IMG/VR virus record: IMGVR_UViG_3300033153_007754 | Coordinates: 32,001 to 96,000 of that record | Reading direction: 5' to 3' (one strand) | Source: a virus | DNA: 64,000 nt | In this document: positions 11,008 through 20,078 of the stretch, piece by piece | How positions within the stretch are numbered: the stretch's first letter is position 1 | Layout: the number at the start of each line of letters is the position of its first letter | Program-made: the position numbers and the translations under genes | The notes under the pieces: generated by a model | Databases searched by the model: none | Seen by the model: the letters and a program-made list of their open reading frames with translations, nothing else | What the model was told of the DNA's origin: nothing

Positions 11008-11025
11008 AAAAAACATAGGAGGTTT

Positions 11026-11502
11026 ATGTTTATCATAACACAATTTTACCCACTATTTTTAATAGCTATTGCATTAGTTGTTTTAGGGATTGTTTTAATA
11101 AAAATATTAAGAAATCAAAATATTATTAAAATGAAATTAGAAAATAATATTTTAATAGGTAACAAAAGTGTTTCGCTAAAAAATGTGGGAAATGAGAATA
11201 AAAGAAGTTATTCAGATGTAAATTTTAATTCAAAATCTAAAATGAGTGACGAAATAAGTGCTATTATAGATGAGAGTTTAGATGCTGCTTTTGATAAAGT
11301 TTTTGAGTCAAAAGAACCTTACAGCTATAACACTGATGATTTAAGCGAGCTTTTAAAAAAAGCCAACGTTGATTTAAAAACAAATTTCACAAAGGAAGAA
11401 ATAAATGATGCTTGGAAAAAAGCCGTTGTAAAAAGTGATGATGATATTGATGATAAAATAGCTAAAATGCAAGCAAAATTATCAAAAAAAGGGATTGAAT
11501 AA
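11026..11502 (+). CDS. membrane-anchored hypothetical protein
   Basis: N-terminal TM helix; AGGAGG RBS. Confidence 0.7.
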   Translation: MFIITQFYPLFLIAIALVVLGIVLIKILRNQNIIKMKLENNILIGNKSVSLKNVGNENKRSYSDVNFNSKSKMSDEISAIIDESLDAAFDKVFESKEPYSYNTDDLSELLKKANVDLKTNFTKEEINDAWKKAVVKSDDDIDDKIAKMQAKLSKKGIE

Positions 11503-11503
11503 T

Positions 11504-11737
11504 ATGAAAAAAAGAGTTGCAAAAAAAATAATAAAAAGAGAAATTGAGATATTAAATAATACTGAAAATAAAAAAGAATCTGATATTGTATATATTAATA
11601 ATCTTGCATCACAAAAGAATTTTTTAATTATTAATAATTGGAATGTTATTAAAACAAAAACATTTAGGGATGAAACTTTATATAATATTAGGTATACTAT
11701 TCTTGAAAAAATTGGAAGTGAAACTTTACATGTGTGA
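11504..11737 (+). CDS. hypothetical protein
   Basis: ORF immediately following the previous gene. Confidence 0.55.
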   Translation: MKKRVAKKIIKREIEILNNTENKKESDIVYINNLASQKNFLIINNWNVIKTKTFRDETLYNIRYTILEKIGSETLHV

Positions 11738-11741
11738 TGAC

Positions 11742-12059
11742 TTATCTTAATTTATAATATGTTTTGGGGAATAACCCCGACATATCTACATGAGGTGAAT
11801 ACCCACCACGGTGTAGTGAATACCCTGACGGAATATTTTCATTTCCACTTCTTTCAAAAATGAAATTAATAACATCTTTGAAATAAATCTCTGATTTAAC
11901 CAATTCAGTATCTTTATCAATTTTTTTTATGTCTTTATTTTTGACATTTTTATATTTCCCATTAACAATTTTTATTAATGTTCTGGTTCCCCTATTCTCT
12001 ATGAAAATAGCAAGTTTATTTTTGTATGATATTTTATCATTTTTTTTGAATTTTGACAT
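11742..12059 (-). CDS. hypothetical protein
   Basis: 105 aa ORF with G-rich RBS. Confidence 0.6.
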   Translation of the reverse strand: MSKFKKNDKISYKNKLAIFIENRGTRTLIKIVNGKYKNVKNKDIKKIDKDTELVKSEIYFKDVINFIFERSGNENIPSGYSLHRGGYSPHVDMSGLFPKTYYKLR

Positions 12060-12101
12060 TTTAACCCCCCTTGGGTAAATTAAGATAAGTATAATTGTAT
12101 T

Positions 12102-12956
12102 TCATGTTCTTTTAAGTGTTTCACCACATTGTATCTTTTCAGCTATTTCAGTAAGTCTTTTAGCAGATTTCATTGACCACCTATTTTCTATTAAAAATGT
12201 TTTAATTAAATTAGTGTTTAAATAAAATTCTTTATTTTTTAATTCCTTTAAAACATCCACTGCTTTGTTATAATCCAATGGGTGTGATAATGGTGCTGAA
12301 AGATTTATAGTACGACTTAATCTTAATAATTCTTTTTTTATATCATTACTTAATACCCCATATTTTTCAATAATTCCAGGTAAATTATTAAGAAATAAAC
12401 CAATAGCTTTACCCCTATGCGATACTAACGATTTTTCTTCATTTGTTAATTGTGCTGCTGATTTCTGTAATTCAACATCAAAAAATATTGAGTCATAACC
12501 AAAGCCATTTCCGCCAATTGCACTTTTTAAAATTTCTCCATTCCATTCACCATTAAAATCACATAAAAATCCATCTTTCCCATATAACACAAGGCATGTT
12601 TTAAAACGAGCGGTTCTTTGATTTGCATTTGTGGCATCTTCCATATTCTTCAATAAAAAATCAATCCTGTCTTTATCTGATTTCCCAGTTCCCCCATATC
12701 TTGCAGAATAAACACCAGGTTCACCATTTAAGAAATCAACTTCTAAACCAGAATCATCAGCCAATGTTAATAAAGAGGTAGTTTCAAAACCAGCCTTTGC
12801 CTTTATTAATGCATTTTCATAAATAGTTACACCAGTTTCTTCTATGTCATCAAGATTTGTATCATATAGCGTTTTTATTTTAATACCAAAAGGTTTAAGC
12901 ATTCTTTCAAATTCACGTATTTTTCCTTTATTTTTTGTTGCAATAAATAATTCCAT
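12102..12956 (-). CDS. rdgB: RdgB/HAM1 dITP/XTP pyrophosphatase fused to an extra ~85 aa C-terminal helical domain (DUF1889-like)
   Basis: ATKNKGKIRE, ENALIKA, LADDSGLEV..L.GEPGVYSARY, GFGYD.IF and SHRGKA motifs. Confidence 0.92.
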   Translation of the reverse strand: MELFIATKNKGKIREFERMLKPFGIKIKTLYDTNLDDIEETGVTIYENALIKAKAGFETTSLLTLADDSGLEVDFLNGEPGVYSARYGGTGKSDKDRIDFLLKNMEDATNANQRTARFKTCLVLYGKDGFLCDFNGEWNGEILKSAIGGNGFGYDSIFFDVELQKSAAQLTNEEKSLVSHRGKAIGLFLNNLPGIIEKYGVLSNDIKKELLRLSRTINLSAPLSHPLDYNKAVDVLKELKNKEFYLNTNLIKTFLIENRWSMKSAKRLTEIAEKIQCGETLKRT

Positions 12957-12973
12957 TTTATTTCCCTCTATTA

Positions 12974-13348
12974 TTAATATGCGTTAGTATTTAATTTTTT
13001 AAGAATTTCACTATTAATGGTTTCCTTTTGTTTTTTATTTATTTTTTCCGTCCAATACTCTTCCCCAAAACAAAAAGACCAGTCAAAATCATATTCATCA
13101 TCATCATTTTCTAGTGATTTTAAAATAACTTCTGCTACATTAGAAGTTATTTCCACCTCAACAGCACTACCTCTATAATCTTGAAAATTAGCAGGTCCAC
13201 CAATATATGATTCCTCCATGTAATATTTCCCATCATTAAGCACAATGGTTCTATATATAGAACCATTTAAGGCCATGTGTGAAAATGTTATTTTCTTGCA
13301 ATTATCTTTTATTGCAAATAATTCTTTAATCTTCATTTTACCCTCCAT
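12974..13348 (-). CDS. hypothetical protein
   Basis: 124 aa ORF. Confidence 0.65.
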   Translation of the reverse strand: MEGKMKIKELFAIKDNCKKITFSHMALNGSIYRTIVLNDGKYYMEESYIGGPANFQDYRGSAVEVEITSNVAEVILKSLENDDDEYDFDWSFCFGEEYWTEKINKKQKETINSEILKKLNTNAY

Positions 13349-13365
13349 TTATTTTTTTTTAGAAA

Positions 13366-13384
13366 AGCCCCATTTAAGGGGCTT
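13366..13384. terminator. intrinsic terminator hairpin
   Basis: AAGCCCC-atttaa-GGGGCTT followed by a U-run on the minus strand. Confidence 0.65.
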
Positions 13385-13393
13385 GAATTTGAT

Positions 13394-13915
13394 TTAGTAA
13401 TTAATAACAGTTTTTAGTAAACCATGTTTTTTCATATTTAATAATTTTGAGTAGTGTGATTTTAAATCAGTTTTTTTAGTATCAATATACAATTTTTTCT
13501 CATTATCCCATACACAAAGAGTTGTATTTGTATAAAAACCTAAGTTTTCATGTTGTTTTTTTGTAAGAACTGATTCAATCTTCAACCCTATTTTTGCCAT
13601 TTCTACAATTTCTTTCATGTTTTCATGTTCTAAGTCCATTTTGTCACTTTCATAGTACTTTTTGATTTGATTCTTTGTTTCAACCAATGTTATTTCCATT
13701 TCATATTGATAATGGTTGCTCCACTGATTTTCAATTTTATAATTTTTAATCCCATCTGTTACTATTTCATCACCTTTGTAATTAAAACCAACTGTTTTAA
13801 AGCCTGTTAGGTGTAAAGCCATAACAGCATTATTTGATGTGTCACCATTAAAGTAACCTTTTACAGTAATGGTGATTTCTTTCTTTTCTTGTGTGATTGT
13901 TAATGTAGTACTCAT
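13394..13915 (-). CDS. hypothetical early protein
   Basis: GGGAGG RBS; sigma70-type promoter upstream. Confidence 0.7.
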   Translation of the reverse strand: MSTTLTITQEKKEITITVKGYFNGDTSNNAVMALHLTGFKTVGFNYKGDEIVTDGIKNYKIENQWSNHYQYEMEITLVETKNQIKKYYESDKMDLEHENMKEIVEMAKIGLKIESVLTKKQHENLGFYTNTTLCVWDNEKKLYIDTKKTDLKSHYSKLLNMKKHGLLKTVINY

Positions 13916-13982
13916 AAGACCTCCCAGTCATATACCCTTAAGTGAAAGCTGGCAGCGGTCAGGGTATCCCGTGCTTGCTATG
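13916..13982 (-). promoter_or_regulatory. GC-rich structured 5' leader, candidate cis-regulatory RNA
   Basis: ATACCCT/AGGGTAT stem; loop GACC..CCAG is complementary to CTGG-GA-GGTC covering the RBS. Confidence 0.4.
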
Positions 13983-13986
13983 TTTT

Positions 13987-14015
13987 AATATACATTACTT
14001 TTCTTGATTTGTCAA
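13987..14015 (-). promoter_or_regulatory. sigma70-type early promoter
   Basis: TTGACA-17-TATATT. Confidence 0.75.
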
Positions 14016-14128
14016 GACTTATTTTAAAAAATATCCACTTTTCACAATTATTTCACATTTGGGGGTAATATTTATATAATTAAATTATATAAATATTATT
14101 ATATATATTTTTTAATTGGAGTGATAAA

Positions 14129-14248
14129 ATGAATGAGAAAAAAAGTAAATGTAATAAATGTGGTAAAACAATGTTTTTAAACGAAAACAAAACTGTTTAT
14201 GAATGTGGGTGTGGAAACAAAGAAAATGTTAAAATACTTTTAGGTTAA
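14129..14248 (+). CDS. 39 aa zinc-ribbon miniprotein
   Basis: MNEKKSKCNKCGKT...ECGCGNKENVKILLG; GGAG RBS; TATAAATA upstream. Confidence 0.6.
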   Translation: MNEKKSKCNKCGKTMFLNENKTVYECGCGNKENVKILLG

Positions 14249-14330
14249 ACTTCAGAGTCATACTAAACTTGTAAGAACCTGGAAGGTTCCCAAGTCTTCC
14301 TTATTATATGACCCTCTTTTCCACTTTCAA
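14245..14330 (-). ncRNA. candidate TnpB reRNA/omegaRNA 3' scaffold
   Basis: nested stems GGGTCATA/TATGACTC and ACTTG-GAACC/GGTTC-CAAGT overlap the tnpB 3' end and run to the putative right end. Confidence 0.5.
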
Positions 14331-15882
14331 AAAAATCTGTTATAATTTTCTTTACTGCAGAATGTTTTAAATTCTTTTTACAATTCCATTCATATCCATT
14401 AAATTCAAGAAGTTTTTTATTTAGAACATCTAAAGTTATTCTTTCTTTAATATTAATGGATGAATTATAATCAGCATTTAAAGTTTTATTACATTTTGTA
14501 CATTTGAAAACTTCTTGCTCTTTTCTATTATTAGAATCTATATTTCCACAAGAATTACATCCCTGAGATGTATATTCCGGATGAATATAAGAAACATTTA
14601 CATTATGTTTGTGAGCTATTTTTCTTATTTTTGTTTTTAAAGAACTTAAATTTAGTAATCTTATCAGTCTGCCATTATTAATATTAAATTCTTTATTATT
14701 ACTTCTTAATTTTGATATTAAATCTAAATCTTCAAGAACTAAATGATTAAAGCCTTTGGACTTAGCTTTTTTGATTAATTCTACTGATTTTTCAATAATC
14801 ATATTTTGAATAACAAGTAACCATCTATCATATTTCTTTCTTCGTTTTACTGACAATGCCTTAGATTTTCTATTATCTATTTTTTTTAAGAATTCAGTAT
14901 ATCTACTCATCAAGTCTCTATCATAATCTATTGTGAAACCACCTGATGTAGAAAATAAATTATGTTTAATATTAACATCTATTCCTAGAAAATTAAAATT
15001 ATTAGTAGGAATTTCTTCAATTCCTTTCTTTGAAAGGATAATTCTTTCTATTTTTTTACCATTAAAATGAATAGTATAAATTTTAGAAAATTCTTTTTTA
15101 TTTCCATGATATTTATTAGATATTTTTACTGGAACATGTAAACCTTTTTTATAATTATCATATCCACCAACAGATATAAATCCATTTACTTTAGATTTAT
15201 TATTTTTATTATCATTGATAATATTTATTTTTATCCTACTTTGAGATTTAAAAGATAATGATTTGAAATTGTGTACTATTATTGTTTTCAATAATCTATT
15301 TCTTTTAGATAAAGCTAGTTTTAATAATCTATTTAAGCTAAACTTATTAATAGTATCAAGTACTTGAATGTAAAATATTTTTATACTTTCATTCTTGAAA
15401 TCATCTTCTTTTATTTTATTATTTAAATATCTTTCTATCTCTTCATATCCATATTTAGATAGAAAAGACAAGGTTTTTGTTAATCTTGTTGTTTTATATT
15501 TCAGTTCAAAAGATTTTAAATCATTTTTCTTATGAAATGAAGTATTTTTTTTATAATATTTAATATTTATTGACTTTTGTATTTTAAAGCTTAAGTTAGT
15601 TTTTACGCTTTTAAAACTATTTTGATAAGTTGTCATAACTTCAGTAACTGCCCACTCTTTGTCTTTTCCTGTAAGATTATTGATTTTTCCTTTTGTGTAT
15701 TTTTTAATAAAATCGAATTTACTCATATTACTATGTATAATAATATCTTCTTGAATTAATTTAGAAATTTTATTTTTAAACAAGTTTATATCTTTTGCTT
15801 TTTGATAAATCTCTTGATATTTTTTATCATTTAGATTATCAATATATAAAAATTTAGATAATACCTGTTTATTTTTAATCAT
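14263..15882 (-). CDS. tnpB: RNA-guided endonuclease TnpB (long, 539 aa)
   Basis: RuvC-I GIDVN, RuvC-II VLEDL, YTSQGCNSCG..FKCTKC zinc finger, RuvC-III NADYNSSINI. Confidence 0.92.
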   Translation of the reverse strand: MIKNKQVLSKFLYIDNLNDKKYQEIYQKAKDINLFKNKISKLIQEDIIIHSNMSKFDFIKKYTKGKINNLTGKDKEWAVTEVMTTYQNSFKSVKTNLSFKIQKSINIKYYKKNTSFHKKNDLKSFELKYKTTRLTKTLSFLSKYGYEEIERYLNNKIKEDDFKNESIKIFYIQVLDTINKFSLNRLLKLALSKRNRLLKTIIVHNFKSLSFKSQSRIKINIINDNKNNKSKVNGFISVGGYDNYKKGLHVPVKISNKYHGNKKEFSKIYTIHFNGKKIERIILSKKGIEEIPTNNFNFLGIDVNIKHNLFSTSGGFTIDYDRDLMSRYTEFLKKIDNRKSKALSVKRRKKYDRWLLVIQNMIIEKSVELIKKAKSKGFNHLVLEDLDLISKLRSNNKEFNINNGRLIRLLNLSSLKTKIRKIAHKHNVNVSYIHPEYTSQGCNSCGNIDSNNRKEQEVFKCTKCNKTLNADYNSSINIKERITLDVLNKKLLEFNGYEWNCKKNLKHSAVKKIITDFFESGKEGHIIRKTWEPSRFLQV

Positions 15883-16006
15883 TTTTCGGATAACACCTTA
15901 ATTAATTCTTCTGTTTTTCGATTTTTCCTTCTCTCTTCCAAACCCAAAGAGTTTGCTTAGTTATTCCTAAGTCTTTAGCTAATTTTGATATTCTTATTTG
16001 CTGCAT
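15879..16006 (-). pseudogene. tnpA: IS607 TnpA serine recombinase remnant
   Basis: MQQIRISKLAKDLGITKQTLWVWKREGKI (MerR-like HTH) joined out of frame to a C-terminal RKTEELIKVLSEK*; catalytic domain missing. Confidence 0.75.
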
Positions 16007-16024
16007 AAAACCTCCAATATTATA

Positions 16025-16052
16025 ATTATAATATGTTTTCAGGATTTGTCAA
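16025..16052 (-). promoter_or_regulatory. sigma70-type promoter for the tnpA remnant and tnpB
   Basis: TTGACA-16-TATAAT followed by GGAGG RBS. Confidence 0.75.
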
Positions 16053-16091
16053 GTTAATATTGTAGTAATCATATGAATACTTACAGGTAAG

Positions 16092-16832
16092 CTAAGTATT
16101 TATAATAGACCAATAAACTAAAAACATCATATAAAACTTAATATAATCAACATCATTTTCAAGGTTAATGTCTGATTGTAGGCTGAAACTGGGTGTTACC
16201 TGTATGTTTGCATTACTTTCGTGGTTAAGTGTGCCTGAATCGAATAATACAAGGTTTTGTGGTATATTATATGTGTTTAATATATAATAAATTAACTTTC
16301 TATAATTATCTAATCCATTTACACCATCTTCAATATCAGTATCTATATCAACTTCAGACTTATATGGTAAATTAGATATTAAAAAATCATTTAAATGTTC
16401 CACTGCTGTAAAAGCTGTTTTAATATAATCCTCTGTATAAGCATCTGTAAAAGATACTTCAGAATCATTTTGTAACTGATATAAGTAATTAAGTAATAAT
16501 CTATTTTTTTTAACTACAAAATCTCTAATAAATCTAACAGGATTATATATAAGAGTTTTAACTAAAGATTTATATTTATCAGAGTTGGAAAGATTTAAAA
16601 TTAAAGGGTTATCTATAGTATCATTATTCAACAATAAAACTAACCAGTATAATAATTCATCATCAAAATTTTGGCTGGATATATTGTCTATCCTTTCCCT
16701 TGAATTAATATTTATAAATTTCTCAATTATTTGGTTATTTTCTATATATAGTCTTTTGTTTTTAAAAACATCAGGTAGATTATAACCATCTATAGTAACA
16801 ACATCTAAAAAATCATAATAATTTAAACTCAT
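16092..16832 (-). CDS. baseplate wedge protein (T4 gp53-like)
   Basis: ERIDNISSQNFDDELLYWLVLLLNN LysM-like gp53 signature. Confidence 0.75.
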   Translation of the reverse strand: MSLNYYDFLDVVTIDGYNLPDVFKNKRLYIENNQIIEKFININSRERIDNISSQNFDDELLYWLVLLLNNDTIDNPLILNLSNSDKYKSLVKTLIYNPVRFIRDFVVKKNRLLLNYLYQLQNDSEVSFTDAYTEDYIKTAFTAVEHLNDFLISNLPYKSEVDIDTDIEDGVNGLDNYRKLIYYILNTYNIPQNLVLFDSGTLNHESNANIQVTPSFSLQSDINLENDVDYIKFYMMFLVYWSIINT

Positions 16833-16833
16833 T

Positions 16834-17844
16834 TTATCCCCTTAAATCTTTTGTTATATTGTCAAGATTACTTAATATAATTGTTTGCATCCAATTACCT
16901 TTATTATCTAATAAATGCTCAATTTTAAATATTAGATATTTACCATCATACAGGGATTCATTATTATTTACTACTTTAACTATTTCCCCAACTTTATAAT
17001 CTACATTTGCTGGTAAATTTATTTTAATTGCATTAGTATTTAAAAAAGCAAATCTTTGTATTTTTTGTTTATATAAAGGCGGTGTTTTTACTTCAATTTC
17101 ATCAATTGTTTCAATTAAATCATATGTAGTTTCAGAATTTTTAATATTATAGTTTGTAGTAATATAACCAAAAGTTCCATTTTGATATAATTCATAAAAA
17201 TCATAATTGGCAATATTAACAACATTATATTTATCTTTCTGTATATTTATAATTTCAATTTCTTTTTTTGTGAATAAATTTGATAAATCATCAATAAGAA
17301 TTTTATTTCCTGAAAGTGTTTGATATACTAATAGTGAAACTTCTTTATTAATTAAAAAATTGATGGTTAAAGAATGTGGTTTTAATGGTGTTAAAAATTC
17401 ATATGGTGTTACTTTATTTTTAATATTTCCTGTTGTGAACTTCTTAATCCTATTTTCTATTAATAAATTAGTTATGTGATTATGAGTGTAATTTGATGGC
17501 AAAAAAACACACTTGGAACGATAAGTTAAACTAAATACATCAGCATCAATTAAATGTATAATATATACTTGTCGATATATATCATTTTGCTGTGTTGCTT
17601 CTCTTATCTCTGTTTTAGTAACAACAAAATTTCTTACAACAATTGTATCATCATCAGCCTTAAAATTTATTGTTAAAATATCTCTTATATCAAGTTGCAT
17701 TTTGTGGAATTCTTTCTGTTTTGATATAATTAAATTACCACTTAACAAGTAAGAACTTAAAGATTCATGAAAGTTTCCTGAAATTAGATAAGGTGTTAAG
17801 TTAAACTTATCGTAATATATTGTTGTTATCTTTTTAGTTTTCAT
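16834..17844 (-). CDS. baseplate hub-like protein (gp27/gpD-like)
   Basis: HESLSSYLLSGNL N-terminus; KVGEIV...YDGKYLIFKIEH C-terminus. Confidence 0.6.
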   Translation of the reverse strand: MKTKKITTIYYDKFNLTPYLISGNFHESLSSYLLSGNLIISKQKEFHKMQLDIRDILTINFKADDDTIVVRNFVVTKTEIREATQQNDIYRQVYIIHLIDADVFSLTYRSKCVFLPSNYTHNHITNLLIENRIKKFTTGNIKNKVTPYEFLTPLKPHSLTINFLINKEVSLLVYQTLSGNKILIDDLSNLFTKKEIEIINIQKDKYNVVNIANYDFYELYQNGTFGYITTNYNIKNSETTYDLIETIDEIEVKTPPLYKQKIQRFAFLNTNAIKINLPANVDYKVGEIVKVVNNNESLYDGKYLIFKIEHLLDNKGNWMQTIILSNLDNITKDLRG

Positions 17845-17862
17845 TAAAAACCTTATTTATTA

Positions 17863-17876
17863 ATAAATATATTTAT
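17863..17876. promoter_or_regulatory. palindromic bidirectional late promoter
   Basis: ATAAATATATTTAT between divergent structural genes. Confidence 0.6.
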
Positions 17877-17894
17877 AATTATTTTGGTATTGAA

Positions 17895-18434
17895 ATGAAA
17901 CATAGCTACACAGTAAATGATTTTTATATAAATTTTAACTGGGAATTCTACCTTGAAGCACCATCTTTTATAACAGATAAATATTCTAATATTTTACCAC
18001 AATTAAATGACAACAGTATATATTTTAAAAATACATCATTGCCTTCTGTTTCTTCAGAATTTGTGGATTTTACATATACAGGTGATGCACAATATATTGT
18101 TAAATCTGGAATGGATGTTGATAACTTTACAATCAATGTTTTGTGTGATAGTGAGTTATTAATATTTAAAATGTTTAAAGATTGGCACAAGTTAAGATAT
18201 GCTGTTAAACCCTCAAAAACTGTTGTTGGTCTACTAAATCTACCAAGCACATATCAGGGTGTCATTATTAATTATTTAAAGGCAAATAATGAAGATAGGG
18301 ATGTTTTATTTGAGACTGAATTTATAGGAATATATCCTAGTAGTATTGGTGATTTGGTTCTTGGTACTGAAGAAGGTGAAATAGGTTCTTTTGATGTTAC
18401 TTTTAAATTTACAGATGTGAATGAATATTACTAA
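17895..18434 (+). CDS. tail tube family protein (gp19/gp54-like)
   Basis: TSLPS, FTINVLCD, GIYPSSIGDL and FDVTFKF motifs. Confidence 0.75.
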   Translation: MKHSYTVNDFYINFNWEFYLEAPSFITDKYSNILPQLNDNSIYFKNTSLPSVSSEFVDFTYTGDAQYIVKSGMDVDNFTINVLCDSELLIFKMFKDWHKLRYAVKPSKTVVGLLNLPSTYQGVIINYLKANNEDRDVLFETEFIGIYPSSIGDLVLGTEEGEIGSFDVTFKFTDVNEYY

Positions 18435-19027
18435 TTTAAATATCTAACTGTGATATCGATTTGTTTATAATCTGCTTTGTGTTTATATACAAAGATTGGT
18501 GATATAGTTAATTCAAATTCAATTTTGTGATATACAATATCATCTTCACTCATTTCTTCCTTAAGTTGCAAAGTTTTTGTTGGCATTCCTATATGTGTTT
18601 GTACTGTTTCATTTTCATAATTAACATTAACATTATAATCAATATCGAAAGTTGTAATTAATTGCTGATATATATTCAATATAGTTCTAAAGCTTTCCGA
18701 CCAATAAGTTCCATTAAACCTTAATTTTGTTATAATAGGTGTATATTGTCTATTAACTTTCAAGTTTTTTTGGAATTTAAACTCTGGTATTGGTGATATT
18801 TCAGTTAATTTCAAACTACAAATAGGTAATATGCTGGATAATTCAAAGTTACCTTTTTTAGTTCTATTAAGGTTATATAAAATATCATTAACTGTTTTAC
18901 TTTGATTATCTAAAACAACTTCAACATTTTTATAAATACCATCTGTTTCATATTCAACTAAATTTTTCAAAATAGATTTCACAACATGCATTGCTATTTC
19001 AAAATCAGAGCTATAAGGTATCTTCAT
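18431..19027 (-). CDS. tail sheath stabiliser/terminator (gp15-like)
   Basis: ILPICSLKLTEI, P...LRF...W.....NIYQQLITTF pattern. Confidence 0.6.
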   Translation of the reverse strand: MKIPYSSDFEIAMHVVKSILKNLVEYETDGIYKNVEVVLDNQSKTVNDILYNLNRTKKGNFELSSILPICSLKLTEISPIPEFKFQKNLKVNRQYTPIITKLRFNGTYWSESFRTILNIYQQLITTFDIDYNVNVNYENETVQTHIGMPTKTLQLKEEMSEDDIVYHKIEFELTISPIFVYKHKADYKQIDITVRYLN

Positions 19028-19641
19028 TATTTAGTTCCAACACTATTATATTCATATTCATAATATTCACCATCAGCAGGGTTTCCGGTTAAAAATTCAC
19101 CTGTCATAAATTTTCTAACAGAGAAAGTAGGACACGTTTTTTTCATCTTTTCTTTACCCAACATTTTATAAGAATCATGGTGCGCTCTTACATCATTTAT
19201 TGATAACCCGTGTTCTGCTATTAACTTTTTAATTAACTGTTTTAATGCTGTAACTTGTTGTGTAGTTGCAACATCATGTACACCATTTGGTGCATCCCAA
19301 AAATCTTTACGGTTATTTTTTAATTTCCCTTTGCCATTTCCAGAAATAGCAATACCCAATGAATATTGATTAAATCCAGATGTTTGTTGACCAGCATCCG
19401 TATCAGGTCGACCTTTTTCGATTGTACCATCTTTATGAATTAAATAATGATATCCAAAATACATCTTTTTACCATCTACACAAACGGGTCTAAATTTAAA
19501 GTCTTCACTTCTATGTAATTTATCCCAATGTGATACATCAGCATCAAAATTACTTGCATTTGGATTCATACTTTCAGCAGTACAATGAATGAAAAGATAT
19601 TTTATTTTTTTTATTAAAAATGGTGCTACATCATTAGCCAT
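19027..19641 (-). CDS. N-acetylmuramoyl-L-alanine amidase (amidase_2) endolysin
   Basis: IHCTA, GYHYLI..DGTIEKGRP, G.N..SLGI, AHHD and KTCP Zn-ligand motifs. Confidence 0.9.
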   Translation of the reverse strand: MANDVAPFLIKKIKYLFIHCTAESMNPNASNFDADVSHWDKLHRSEDFKFRPVCVDGKKMYFGYHYLIHKDGTIEKGRPDTDAGQQTSGFNQYSLGIAISGNGKGKLKNNRKDFWDAPNGVHDVATTQQVTALKQLIKKLIAEHGLSINDVRAHHDSYKMLGKEKMKKTCPTFSVRKFMTGEFLTGNPADGEYYEYEYNSVGTK

Positions 19642-19661
19642 ATTATTACCTCATTTAAAAA

Positions 19662-20048
19662 TTATTTGAAATAAACTGAATAATCATATTCTAAGTTTTT
19701 ATACTTATAAAACACTGTTATAAAATATAAATAATCTGATTTATGATATTCTACTTTTACATTTATTACTTCAACTCTATTTTCATTATTTTTAATTTGT
19801 TCTATTATATTATCTTTTAAAAATTTTACCATCCCTTTACTGTGATTATCACCAATTAGGTTACCTAAATCACTACCAAAATTTGGGTTAAATGGTGTTT
19901 CATCCCAGTTTGAAAATATAATATTATTAAGGGAATTATTTATTGAATCTATACCAGTTATTAATGAAATATCTTTTTTATCGTTGATAGTAAAATCAAT
20001 ATCAAAATCCACATATAAATTGTTAACTGCTTCATTTACTGTTGTCAT
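19662..20048 (-). CDS. baseplate wedge subunit gp25
   Basis: SINNSLNNII....ETPFNPNFGSDL, ENRVEV motifs. Confidence 0.88.
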   Translation of the reverse strand: MTTVNEAVNNLYVDFDIDFTINDKKDISLITGIDSINNSLNNIIFSNWDETPFNPNFGSDLGNLIGDNHSKGMVKFLKDNIIEQIKNNENRVEVINVKVEYHKSDYLYFITVFYKYKNLEYDYSVYFK

Positions 20049-20078
20049 TTAAAACCCCTAGTATCTATAAACTATTTA

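Larger units (their letters stand above)
14243..16087 (-). mobile_element. non-autonomous IS607-family element (internally deleted tnpA plus intact tnpB)
   Basis: tnpA remnant overlapping the tnpB start by ATGA; AGGT at both putative ends (14242-14245 and 16085-16088); boundaries inferred. Confidence 0.7.
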
